From assembly GCA_036402315.1 (NCBI GenBank), contig DASWTB010000230.1, positions 6,336 through 70,335 of the forward strand: a stretch of DNA of 64,000 bases, written 5' to 3'. A program made the translations under genes and the position numbers. The notes below the pieces were generated by a model. That model did no database searches. It was not told where the DNA came from and was given only the letters and a program-made list of their open reading frames with translations. This document shows positions 49,610 to 58,554 of this stretch, piece by piece; the first letter of the stretch is position 1, and every line of letters begins with the position of its first letter. The DNA is from Pseudoduganella sp. GTDB lineage: Bacteria > Pseudomonadota > Gammaproteobacteria > Burkholderiales > Burkholderiaceae_D.

Positions 49610-49637
49610 GGAACCGGCGCCCCGCATTCCCTACTCA
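49610..49637 (+). promoter_or_regulatory. hrp box (HrpL ECF-sigma promoter), rightward
   Basis: GGAACC-N15-CTACTCA, one deviation from CCACNNA. Confidence 0.8.
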
Positions 49638-49679
49638 TCTCCAGCATCGCGTCCCCCAACCCATCACTGGAGAGTGAAC

Positions 49680-50189
49680 ATGAGCATCGACATCTACCGC
49701 AACCTGATCAACCAGATTTGCGAGCACGCGCAAATCCCCGACCCGCGCGCCCTGTACGATAAGGCCGAACTCAATATCAGCGGCACCCAGTTCCTGCTGC
49801 GCCACGGCGGCGAGCAGGCGCCGCACATCGCCAACATCTACTGCGGCCTGGGCCCCTTGCCTGCCGGGCAGCGCGAGCTCGTACTGCAACGGCTGCTGGA
49901 AACCAACCTGCTGCTGGCCGGCTCAGGCCACAACGCCACATTCGGCTACAACGCCGATATCAAGCAGGTAGTCCTGTATTGCATGCTGCCGCTGGAGCAG
50001 TCCAGCGGCATGCTCACGCTAGCCATGCTGCGCCACTTCGCGGCGGTGGCCGAGCAGTGGCGCACCACCTATTTCCTCGACGAGAAAGAAGACGCGAACG
50101 ACAAGAGTGCCAGGTCCGCGTCCGGCCGCTCACGCCTGGATGCCCAGCTGCGCCAACCCGGCGGCGGGGCAGAAACCAGCCCTGCGTAA
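49680..50189 (+). CDS. Type III secretion chaperone (CesT/class I-like)
   Basis: ATG 49680 after GGAGA; small protein, YCGLGPLP...LQRLLETNL, C-terminal amphipathic helix ending EQWR; hrp box upstream, large ORF downstream. Confidence 0.72.
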   Translation: MSIDIYRNLINQICEHAQIPDPRALYDKAELNISGTQFLLRHGGEQAPHIANIYCGLGPLPAGQRELVLQRLLETNLLLAGSGHNATFGYNADIKQVVLYCMLPLEQSSGMLTLAMLRHFAAVAEQWRTTYFLDEKEDANDKSARSASGRSRLDAQLRQPGGGAETSPA

Positions 50190-50252
50190 AGCACGCCGCG
50201 CTGTCATTTCACCGTCCTTTCCGCCCTTTTATATCGTCCCGAAGGAGATCCC

Positions 50253-52481
50253 ATGCTTGGAAATTTCCCCGGCATCGCTTCGCTGAAAAGCTCGATCGCG
50301 ATGCATGAATGGCTGCAGAACCAGAATTCGTCAAACCCGGACCAGGGCGCCCTGCCTGTCAGGCACGCGCCAACCAACCAGAGCCTGCAACCGTCGTCCC
50401 CAGGCAGCCCGGCCCATGCCGGCGCGGGTGCACACGCCCAGCTGCCGCCGCATATCCAGAAAATTGCCCGTGAACTTGAGGCCCGCGATGCCGAACTGGC
50501 GGCGCTGAAAGGTCCTTTGTTGAAAGACCTTGGCCGTCACGGCCCCCTCAACCTCGACATTCTGGCCCGCCAGTTTGCGCTGGAAGGCCAGGCACTGCGC
50601 GGCAGTCTGGGCAAGGAAGCGTTGGACAGCCTGGAATCCGGTGCTGTGCTGCAGCGCGCAGTTTCCGGCCAGGTAGGGCTGGGCATGCGCGGTGCGGTCA
50701 GCGAAGAAACGCTGGACGCCATCATCAACCCGGAGGGGCATCCCGAGCTGCCCCCACCGCTGCCGCCCGAAGCGCTGGCGGCAGTCTCGCCCGCGCTGGG
50801 AGCACCGGCGTCGGTCACCCTCGAAGCAAACCGCGCCACCGCCCTCGATTCGGCGTACAAACACGTGATCGCCAGGCTGGAAGCGCAAGACCCACGCGAC
50901 CAGGCCATGATCGACAACGTCAAATTGAGCCAGACGGCTTTCAAGGTTCGCATAGCGGACCGTGAGAACCAACTGGAACTGACCGCCCTTGCATGCCAGA
51001 TCGACCTGGAGAAGGCGTCGAACAAGGTCCCCCTGCCTGGCGTTCGGGGCGAGGCAAAACGCAACGCCGACACGGCCATCGCCCAGCCCAGGCTCGACGC
51101 AGCGAGGGCCGAGCTTAAAGCGTTCCAGCAGGCCAGCAACCTGATCCTGCATTCCGAGCACATGGACAGCCTGAAAAGCCGCGCCATCAATGTCAAGGAA
51201 CAGGGCTGGAAGGAAAGCCTGCCTAAGGTCGCCAAGGTAGCCATCGGCCAGGGCTTGCCGCAAGCGGTTTCCTCAGCCGCACACTGGGGCTATGCACGCA
51301 ACGCGGCGCTGCTGGCCTCCAACGCCGTGCTGCAGGGGCAGGTCAACCGCCCGGCCGAACTGGTGGCCGGCGTGATGGCGCAGGCCCTGGCGCTGGGAAC
51401 AACCCACAAGCTGGTCGGCGACCTCGCGCGCGACGGCCTGCACAGCATGACCGAGATTGGCGGCTGGATACGCCCGATCGAAACAGTGCCGGCCGAAGTC
51501 TACTTCCCCGATGCCCCGCGCATTGAATTCAACCAGCATGGCGCCTTGCACCTGCATTCCGAGGACGAACACGCCGCGCTCAACAGCGACAGCCTGAAGG
51601 ACCGCAAGGCGTTCCAGGACCATGCGCTCAAGGGCGGTTTCGGCACCCTCAAGGGCGACCTTGCCGGCTTCGCCTCATTCGCTTCAGCCAACGCGATTCG
51701 CGATGCGCTGAGCAATGCGACCGAACTGGCCAACTCGATCCATGCCAAGGCTTCCGCTTCCTTCGCCGGCGGCGGCGCCATGGCCACCGCGCAGAACCTG
51801 ATGGCCTTGTCCGACCATCACGACGGGCTGCCCACGCGCGTGTTTGCCAAGCATACCAACCCGCGTTCGGCCTTGCAGCGCATGTGGAACTCGTCGCAAA
51901 AGCTTGACCTGACCCAATCGGCCAACCGGGTGGATTTGTATAGCCGGATCTGGGGCGCCGGGGTCGGCATGAGCATGGCCACGGCAGTCCAGACCTACGT
52001 CAGCGAGGCGCTGGACCGCGCCCGCGATCCGAACGGCGGCAATGCGGCAAACCGGCTTTGCCACGCCGTGCTGGAAGGCTTCAAGTCGTACTTGACGCTG
52101 ATGCCTTTCTTCGCCGGCATCGTTGCTGAAGCGGAGGGCAAGAAGCTCAATCCCGGCGGCACATCGGCCCTGACCAACCGCGTGCTGTCAGGCCCGCTGA
52201 ACGCGCTCTCGCCGGTTTACCTCAAGGACGGTGCAACGGCGACGCATACCGCGCCTCAGGGCAGCTTTAAGCGTATCCCGCAGGGCGCGCACAACGTATT
52301 GCGCGGCATTGCTTCAACGCCGGCCCAGGTTGGCGCGGTATTGTCCGAGAAAGCGGGCCAGCTGACGGCCAAGGCGGTCGTGGACACGGTCAAGCTGCCG
52401 GCCAAGGCAATCGAGGCGGCGCGCCATAAGCAACCACCTCCGCCCGACGAAGAGCAAGGCCAGAACGCGCAGCGGCCATAA
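50253..52481 (+). CDS. Putative type III effector, possibly XopN/HopAU1-like
   Basis: 742 aa; S/Q/P/N-rich N-terminus, helical Ala/Gly-rich body; follows chaperone. Family name rests only on recalled size/segment resemblance and is unverified. Confidence 0.6.
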   Translation: MLGNFPGIASLKSSIAMHEWLQNQNSSNPDQGALPVRHAPTNQSLQPSSPGSPAHAGAGAHAQLPPHIQKIARELEARDAELAALKGPLLKDLGRHGPLNLDILARQFALEGQALRGSLGKEALDSLESGAVLQRAVSGQVGLGMRGAVSEETLDAIINPEGHPELPPPLPPEALAAVSPALGAPASVTLEANRATALDSAYKHVIARLEAQDPRDQAMIDNVKLSQTAFKVRIADRENQLELTALACQIDLEKASNKVPLPGVRGEAKRNADTAIAQPRLDAARAELKAFQQASNLILHSEHMDSLKSRAINVKEQGWKESLPKVAKVAIGQGLPQAVSSAAHWGYARNAALLASNAVLQGQVNRPAELVAGVMAQALALGTTHKLVGDLARDGLHSMTEIGGWIRPIETVPAEVYFPDAPRIEFNQHGALHLHSEDEHAALNSDSLKDRKAFQDHALKGGFGTLKGDLAGFASFASANAIRDALSNATELANSIHAKASASFAGGGAMATAQNLMALSDHHDGLPTRVFAKHTNPRSALQRMWNSSQKLDLTQSANRVDLYSRIWGAGVGMSMATAVQTYVSEALDRARDPNGGNAANRLCHAVLEGFKSYLTLMPFFAGIVAEAEGKKLNPGGTSALTNRVLSGPLNALSPVYLKDGATATHTAPQGSFKRIPQGAHNVLRGIASTPAQVGAVLSEKAGQLTAKAVVDTVKLPAKAIEAARHKQPPPPDEEQGQNAQRP

Positions 52482-52488
52482 GGCAAGC

Positions 52489-52516
52489 AGGGTCCGGCCA
52501 GCGCCGGACCTTGTTG
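52489..52516 (+). terminator. Probable intrinsic terminator between effector and pilT
   Basis: GGTCCGGC-CAGC-GCCGGACC hairpin followed by TTGTTG; between convergent genes. Confidence 0.6.
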
Positions 52517-52522
52517 ATTGCG

Positions 52523-53626
52523 TCAGCGAGTATTGCCCAGCATCTCGCGCAGTTCGAGCCTGTTGTAGGCCACGCGCAGCGCATCGCGGGCGCTGATTTC
52601 CTTGCGCGCCACCAGCTGCTGCAGCACCTCGTTCAATGGGCGCGACATGCTGTCTTCCTTGCGCTTCATGTAGTCGCCGATCATGTGCAGCTTGTCGGGG
52701 TCGACGATGTACGGGGCAATCTGCTGGTTGTGGTTGAACACCATCTCGCTGGCCAGCACGTAGTTCTCGCCGTTCTCCGACGGCAGCAGGCTCTGGAAAA
52801 TCACGCCGATCAGGGAACTGGCCAGCATGGCCGAACGCTGGGCGCGCTGGTCGACCGGGAAAAAGCTGAGCAGCTTGCTGATGGCGCCCACCGCATTCCC
52901 GGTGTGCATGGTGGCCAGCACCAGGTGGCCCGATTCGCCGGCATGCAGCACGGTTTCGGCGGTATCGTAATCGCGGATCTCGCCCACCATCAGCACATCG
53001 GGCTTCTGCCGCAAGGCTTCGCGCAGGCCGCTGGAGAAGCTGGCCGTATCGACCGGCACCTCCTTCTGCGAGATGATCGACTGCTTGCGCTGCAGGGTGT
53101 ATTCGATCGGTTCTTCAATGGTGACGATATGGCCGTTGCGGTTGCTGTTGATGTAGTCGAGCATGGAAGCGATGGTGGTGGTCTTGCCCGCCCCCGTCGG
53201 ACCGGTCACCAGGATCAGTCCCTTGTTCGATTCCAGCATGGTGCGCACATAGGACGGCAGGCCGGTGCGCTCGAGCGGCAGCGGCTCCAGCGGCAGCCGG
53301 CGTACCGAGAGCGCTACCTTGGCGCCGGCGCCCAGGCGGTAGATATTGCAGCGCAGGCGGCAATTCTGCAGCACGAACGGGCGGTCCAGCGCTTTTTCGA
53401 CGATCTTGTCTTCCCAGTCTTCGTCGATGCTGTCCAACAGCGGCCGCAGCTCGCCCAGCGTCAGCGGGCCTTCATGGAACTGCTGCCAGCCGCGCGGCGT
53501 CTTCACCATGGCGGCGGCACCCTGCTCCAGGTGGATATCGGAAAAGCTTTGCTGCCCGCCCACCAGCTGCATGAACTTCTGCTGGAAGTCGCTGGCGCGC
53601 GAAGGATCGTTGGACATCAGGGTCAC
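52523..53626 (-). CDS. pilT: PilT/PilU family pilus retraction ATPase
   Basis: SDIHL, GPTGAGKTT, TIEEPIEY, ALRQKPDVLMVGEIRD, GHLVLATMH. Confidence 0.88.
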   Translation of the reverse strand: MTLMSNDPSRASDFQQKFMQLVGGQQSFSDIHLEQGAAAMVKTPRGWQQFHEGPLTLGELRPLLDSIDEDWEDKIVEKALDRPFVLQNCRLRCNIYRLGAGAKVALSVRRLPLEPLPLERTGLPSYVRTMLESNKGLILVTGPTGAGKTTTIASMLDYINSNRNGHIVTIEEPIEYTLQRKQSIISQKEVPVDTASFSSGLREALRQKPDVLMVGEIRDYDTAETVLHAGESGHLVLATMHTGNAVGAISKLLSFFPVDQRAQRSAMLASSLIGVIFQSLLPSENGENYVLASEMVFNHNQQIAPYIVDPDKLHMIGDYMKRKEDSMSRPLNEVLQQLVARKEISARDALRVAYNRLELREMLGNTR

Positions 53627-53819
53627 CTCAAAGATGAAATTGATTCAAGCTACGTAATTCTACACAGTTGCGCATGCAAGGCACCACCTGCTACCGCCGG
53701 TGAAACCTCCCGCACACAATAGCGGAGCTGGCAGCAAAAATACAAGATTGTGTTTACTATTGCCAATTAAATTCTGATGAGCAGGTGCGGCCCGGAGTGA
53801 CTATTAAGTTTGGACGAAC

Positions 53820-54509
53820 ATGAAGATCGCATGCCATATCCAAAGTGCTGAAGTCTACGAACTGGTACACAGCGTGCTGCTGCGGGCCGGCTTCGAGGTG
53901 CAGCGCTTTGCTTCGGAAACTGCGTTGCTGCGGGGCGTGCGCCGCGACGAGGTCGACCTGATACTGATCGACCTGGCCAGCGAACCGGAGGCGGACAACA
54001 GCCTCCTGTCCTGGCTGAACATGCGCACCGGCGACGCCACGCCCGTGATGATCCTGTCGCCCATGCGCAGGGCCGAACTGGCGGCCCTGGTGCTGAATGC
54101 AGGCGCCGATGAATTCGTACCGCGTCCGTTCGAAGCGGTGGAGCTGCTGGCGCGCGCCAATGCGCTGCTGCGCCGCAGCGGCAATGCCCCGCAGCGGCGC
54201 AGCATCGAGTTCGCCGGCTACAGCCTGGAACGCGACAGCGGGCGCCTGCAGTTCCTCGGCCAGCCGATCGAACTTACTCCGCGCGAGTTCAGCATGGCCT
54301 GGCTGTTCTTCTCCTCGCCCGGCGTGTATATTTCGCGCAGCACCATCGGCGCCGTCATCTGGAGCACGGACAGCGAAGTGGCCGGCCGTACCATCGAACA
54401 GCACGTCTACAAGCTGCGCAAGAAGCTGCAGGTCGGCGACAAGCGCATCATCATGATCCGCACCGCCTACACCCAGGGCTACCGCCTTGAGCTGTGCGCG
54501 CCGGATTAG
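53820..54509 (+). CDS. hrpG: OmpR-family response regulator, HrpG-like
   Basis: REC with LILID; wHTH LTPREFSMAWLFFS and RTIEQHVYKLRKKL, recalled as typical of HrpG; orphan; T3SS-effector and type IVb pilus context. Confidence 0.75.
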   Translation: MKIACHIQSAEVYELVHSVLLRAGFEVQRFASETALLRGVRRDEVDLILIDLASEPEADNSLLSWLNMRTGDATPVMILSPMRRAELAALVLNAGADEFVPRPFEAVELLARANALLRRSGNAPQRRSIEFAGYSLERDSGRLQFLGQPIELTPREFSMAWLFFSSPGVYISRSTIGAVIWSTDSEVAGRTIEQHVYKLRKKLQVGDKRIIMIRTAYTQGYRLELCAPD

Positions 54510-54525
54510 CCCGGCCTCCCGTTTC

Positions 54526-55008
54526 TCAATAGGCCGCATCGTTCGCGCCTCCGGCCTGGGCCTGTTCGGCCAGCGCCGCCTCCGGCAGGTTCTTGCGCAC
54601 CTTCAGCGCGTATTTGATGCGCTTGGCGGGGTCGCGTGCGTTGTAGGCGCCCACCGCTTCCCATGTCACGCCCATGCGCTGCATGTTCTGCGCCAGGATC
54701 CAGGCGCCGACCTGGATGCTGGTGCAGGCGTCGTACAGGTCCTTCTCTTCCACGCCGTATTTGCGCAGCGTCGGCAGCCAGCTGCTGTTGATCTGCATCA
54801 GGCCGATGTCGTAGCTGCCGTTCTTGTTGCGGTTGATGGCAGTCGGGTTCAGTCCCGATTCGGTCTTGGCGATCGCGTACAGCAGGTAGGGATTGACGCG
54901 GTACCAGGTCGCGGCCTCTTCCCAGCATGCCTGCGCAGGCATGCTGGCCAGCGCCAGGCAGGCCGCCAATGCCGCGGCGCGGCGCTCAATTCGGAGTGTA
55001 GTGTCCAT
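54526..55008 (-). CDS. Lytic transglycosylase (IagB / R64 PilT-like)
   Basis: LLYAIAKTES, DIGLMQINS, AVGAYNA. Confidence 0.93.
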   Translation of the reverse strand: MDTTLRIERRAAALAACLALASMPAQACWEEAATWYRVNPYLLYAIAKTESGLNPTAINRNKNGSYDIGLMQINSSWLPTLRKYGVEEKDLYDACTSIQVGAWILAQNMQRMGVTWEAVGAYNARDPAKRIKYALKVRKNLPEAALAEQAQAGGANDAAY

Positions 55009-56362
55009 TTGCGTACCTGAAAGTATGGTCCTGGCCGCAGATCAGCGGCCGCATTTCGGTATCCATCACGATGGTGCCTTCGGGGAACTTCAAGACGTCG
55101 CGTCCTTCCAGGTCGCTCCATTCCCAGTAATGGCAGGCGCCGCCAGCCGCCTTGACGGAGGTAAGGTTGATGGAGGGCGACGCCATCCAGCTGCTTGCCT
55201 CGATCCTGCGCGCGGCGACGGAGCGCACCACGTTGGCGTCGCGCTGCACCTCCAGGTCGCGGCCGGCCTTGAGGTCGCGGTCGGTGGCAATGTGGTCGAC
55301 AGCGTGGATGCTGCCTTCGGATTCGATGGCCTGGGCCGCACGCAGGGTGCGCGCTTTCACTTCGCCCGGCGCATCGAGGTTGCCGTCCTTGTCCAGGGCC
55401 AGCGGCGCCCAGCCGGTGCCGTCGAAAGTGAACGCCCGGCTCAGGTTCATCACCATGCGCACGTCGCCGCGCACGCTGCCGGCCAGCGGCAGGTCGCCCC
55501 AGGCCTCGACCGGCGCCTTCCACGACGACGCCAGGTTCCAGTGGCCGGTGGCGTCGCAGCTGAGCAGGTTGCGCGTGCCGGCGTCCATCGCCAGGCCCGG
55601 TTCGGCCACGCCGTTGGCGTTCAGGCAGGAGTCGCCGGCAGCGACCAGGGCGGCGCCGCCCAGGCGCAGGGGCGTGTTCATGCGATTGAGCTCCGGCCGA
55701 CCCGGCACTGCGCCGCGGTACAGGAAATCCGTCGCCAGCTGGCCGGCGCCGTCGTAAAACAGGTTCGATGCCAGGTGGCCGGCGTCGGCCGCGGTGCCCT
55801 GCAGCACGGCAGCAGTGCCGCCGGGGCAGGTGATGCCGCGGTAAGGCGTGGTATCCATACGCCAGGACGCGCCGCGCGCAAAGGCCGGTTCGCGTGCCGT
55901 GATAAAGCCGCTGCCCGGTCCCGCATGCAGGGCCACGGCGGCCAGGTCCTTGTCGCCGATAGGCTTGCCGCCGCTGGTGACCACCAGCGCGTCGAACCTG
56001 CCCGGCGCGGCGGCGGCATCGGGCTGGCGCACCAGCACGCAGGTGGCCTGCTGGTAGGCATTCAGGTCGGCAAATCCGGCCGGCAGGAAGCGCCCGGCGC
56101 GCAGCTGCTCCAGGCTGAGCGCCAGCACGGTGGCCGCGGTGGGCGTGGCTGCCTTGATCTCGTCGTGGTGGGCCTGCATATAGCGTTCGGCCGCGTGCAC
56201 CACCTGCGCCTGGTAGTAGGCCGCCTGCTGGCCCCGCAGTTCGTCGAGCGAATTGTCGCTCATGCCGGTCAGCCCGAGCAGCAGCACGGCGCCGACGGCC
56301 AGCGCCGCCAGCAGTTCCAGCATGCCGACGCCGGACTGGCGATGAGCACGGGCGGCCGTCAT
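54986..56362 (-). CDS. pilV: Type IVb pilus tip adhesin PilV (shufflon-type N-terminal domain)
   Basis: ATG 56362; QSG|VGMLE prepilin site, GFADLNAYQQ, GHLAS, FLYRGAVPGRPELNRMNT. Confidence 0.88.
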   Translation of the reverse strand: MTAARAHRQSGVGMLELLAALAVGAVLLLGLTGMSDNSLDELRGQQAAYYQAQVVHAAERYMQAHHDEIKAATPTAATVLALSLEQLRAGRFLPAGFADLNAYQQATCVLVRQPDAAAAPGRFDALVVTSGGKPIGDKDLAAVALHAGPGSGFITAREPAFARGASWRMDTTPYRGITCPGGTAAVLQGTAADAGHLASNLFYDGAGQLATDFLYRGAVPGRPELNRMNTPLRLGGAALVAAGDSCLNANGVAEPGLAMDAGTRNLLSCDATGHWNLASSWKAPVEAWGDLPLAGSVRGDVRMVMNLSRAFTFDGTGWAPLALDKDGNLDAPGEVKARTLRAAQAIESEGSIHAVDHIATDRDLKAGRDLEVQRDANVVRSVAARRIEASSWMASPSINLTSVKAAGGACHYWEWSDLEGRDVLKFPEGTIVMDTEMRPLICGQDHTFRYANGHYTPN

Positions 56363-56853
56363 GGCGCCACCGCCAGCCAGACCGGCACGCCGTCCGGCAA
56401 GGCCAGGCTGGCCAGTGCCGCCAGCGGGATGCCCGTGTCGCCATACACCGGCGACTGCAGGTTGGCCATGCCGCGCCGGTAGCTGCCGGCCAGCACCGAG
56501 TTGCGCGCCAGGCGCACGATCTCGCGCGTCACTTCGCGGCGCGGCAACTGGCGGGCGTAGATGTAGATGGTGCCGGCCGCATCGCGGTAGTTGCCCCAGG
56601 GCGTCGCGGGCGGCGCCTCCAGCAGCGGCCAGTCGCGCAACACCCCGCTGGCCTTCAGCGCCTCCAGGTTGACGCTGGTGGCGCGCAGGTCGTGGGCCTG
56701 GAAATAGGCCACCACCGCGCTGCGGTAGTTGGCCATGCCTTCGGCGCTGGCCTCGGCCAGGTGCTGCTGCCCGGCAGCGGCATTGCGCTCGGCCAGCGCC
56801 GCGTAGGCGCCCGCCATCGACATCACCAGTGCCAGTATCACGACATTCCACAT
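56359..56853 (-). CDS. pilM: Type IVb pilus protein PilM
   Basis: Hydrophobic N-terminus, MANYRSAVVAY, C-terminal LPDGVPV; operon position. Confidence 0.72.
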   Translation of the reverse strand: MWNVVILALVMSMAGAYAALAERNAAAGQQHLAEASAEGMANYRSAVVAYFQAHDLRATSVNLEALKASGVLRDWPLLEAPPATPWGNYRDAAGTIYIYARQLPRREVTREIVRLARNSVLAGSYRRGMANLQSPVYGDTGIPLAALASLALPDGVPVWLAVAP

Positions 56854-56878
56854 GCTGCCTCCCGTGCATCGCCAAGCC

Positions 56879-57439
56879 TCAGGCGCCCTTGAACGTCACC
56901 GCATTGCCGGCCGCTCCGGCCACCGAGCACACCGTGGTCGCATCACTGACCGAGACCGGGAAGTTGGTGATGGCCTTGCCGCCCTGGCTGATCTCGACCC
57001 AGCCGCTGGCGCCGCTGACCAGGTTCACGCAAACATCCTTGGGTACCGCTGCATAAGTGATCTCGAAGCCGGTGGCGGTTCCCGCCACAGTGACCGCGCC
57101 GCCCCAGCTGTTCTTCAGGGTGTTGTCGGCGGTGTTCTTGGCCAGCGTGCTGGGGATGGCGTTGGCGGCGATCAGCGTCGGCACCAGGCTCTCCACCGGG
57201 TAGGTCTGGCCGATGTACAGCTTGCGCACGGCGGTGCGCATGGCGACCGCTTCCTCGGTGGCCTGGTTCGACTTGGCGCTGCTGAACGCGCCGCCCAGCA
57301 GCGACACGGCGCCCAGCACCACCACGGCGGCAATGCCAAGGTAGGCGATGCCTTCCAGCAGGGAGGCGCCGCGCTGGCGGAACGGCGATGGCATGCGGCC
57401 GGAGCGTTGCTGCGATAGGTACAGGTGATTCATGGTCAT
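56879..57439 (-). CDS. pilS: Type IVb major prepilin PilS
   Basis: ATG 57439 after GGAGG; 24-aa leader ending RQRG|ASLLE, KNSWGGAVTV, VPKDVC, C-terminal Cys pair. Confidence 0.9.
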   Translation of the reverse strand: MTMNHLYLSQQRSGRMPSPFRQRGASLLEGIAYLGIAAVVVLGAVSLLGGAFSSAKSNQATEEAVAMRTAVRKLYIGQTYPVESLVPTLIAANAIPSTLAKNTADNTLKNSWGGAVTVAGTATGFEITYAAVPKDVCVNLVSGASGWVEISQGGKAITNFPVSVSDATTVCSVAGAAGNAVTFKGA

Positions 57440-57483
57440 GCCTCCATATGTATGACTGGTGTGACAGGTAAGCCTGCGTCGCT

Positions 57484-58554
57484 TCAGCCGATGCCGCGCG
57501 TGGCGGCGGCGATTTCCTGCTGTATGCCGAAGAAGCCGGTCACCAGCCAGGCAATCACCAGCGCCAGGGTGACGATGGCGAAGCCGTTCAATACTTTCAT
57601 GCGCAGGGCGACAGCTTCCACGCCCTCTTCCATCCATTCGGCCGCCAGCAGCTTGAGCGCTTCCGAAAAACCCTTGTAGTCGGCATAGACGCACAGGTCG
57701 TCGATAATGGCCGGCGACGGGAAGCCGTAGCCCGCATGGCGCAGCGCCTCGCCGCAGTTCAGGCCGGAGCGCACGCCCATCAGCGCGCCGTCCAGGCGTT
57801 CGCGCAGCCAGGGCTGCGCTTTGTTCGACAGCCGCGCCAGCGATTTCTCCACCGTGACGCCGGCCGCCTGCAGGGCCGCAAACGCCATCAGGAAACCGCT
57901 GCCGACAATCAGGCGGTAGATCGAGAACGGGGCGAAACGGTCGAAGAACACCCGAAGGTTTCCGCGCCACAGCGGCAGCGACACCATCATGGCGGCAATC
58001 AGGGCCACCGTGCCCGCCACGGCAAACAGCATCCAGTCCTGCACCCAGAGCGACATGCGGTACAGCGACAGCGCCGCGCCGTGCCAGCCGGCCGGATCGA
58101 CCAGGCGCGTGAACTGCGGTATCACCAGCGCGCCGAACAGCCAGATGTACAGCGCGATCATGGCCAGGATGGCAAGCGGATAGGCGGCGCCGCTGAGGAT
58201 TTCGGTCTTGATGCGACGGCCGGCCTGCACCACGTCCACCAGCGCATGCAGGCTGCCTTCCAGCCGGCCGGACTGCTCGCCGGCCATGATGATCATCTGC
58301 TCGGTGCCGGGCACCCACCACGCCAGGCCGTCCGACAGCAGCTGGCCGTTCTGCACCATGCGGCGGCAGTCGTCCAGCACCATGGCCAGGCTGGTGTCGC
58401 CGCCCGGCCCGGCATTGCGCCGCGCCAGTTCCTCCAGGATGCGCAAGAGCGGCAGGCCGCCGGCCAGCATCTTGGCGATCTTGCGGTACAGGCGCACCCG
58501 CTCGGAGGCGTTGAACTGGGTGCGCGCCCAGTAACGCATGATCTCAACGCGCAT
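57484..58554 (-). CDS. pilR: Type IVb pilus platform protein (PilR/GspF family)
   Basis: RLYRKIAKML, MAGEQSGRL, three TM segments. Confidence 0.88.
   Translation of the reverse strand: MRVEIMRYWARTQFNASERVRLYRKIAKMLAGGLPLLRILEELARRNAGPGGDTSLAMVLDDCRRMVQNGQLLSDGLAWWVPGTEQMIIMAGEQSGRLEGSLHALVDVVQAGRRIKTEILSGAAYPLAILAMIALYIWLFGALVIPQFTRLVDPAGWHGAALSLYRMSLWVQDWMLFAVAGTVALIAAMMVSLPLWRGNLRVFFDRFAPFSIYRLIVGSGFLMAFAALQAAGVTVEKSLARLSNKAQPWLRERLDGALMGVRSGLNCGEALRHAGYGFPSPAIIDDLCVYADYKGFSEALKLLAAEWMEEGVEAVALRMKVLNGFAIVTLALVIAWLVTGFFGIQQEIAAATRGIG

Noticed and set aside
54986-55300. Shufflon at the pilV 3' end
   Set aside because: No alternative C-terminal cassettes, repeated sfx-like sites or rci recombinase; pilV runs straight into the transglycosylase
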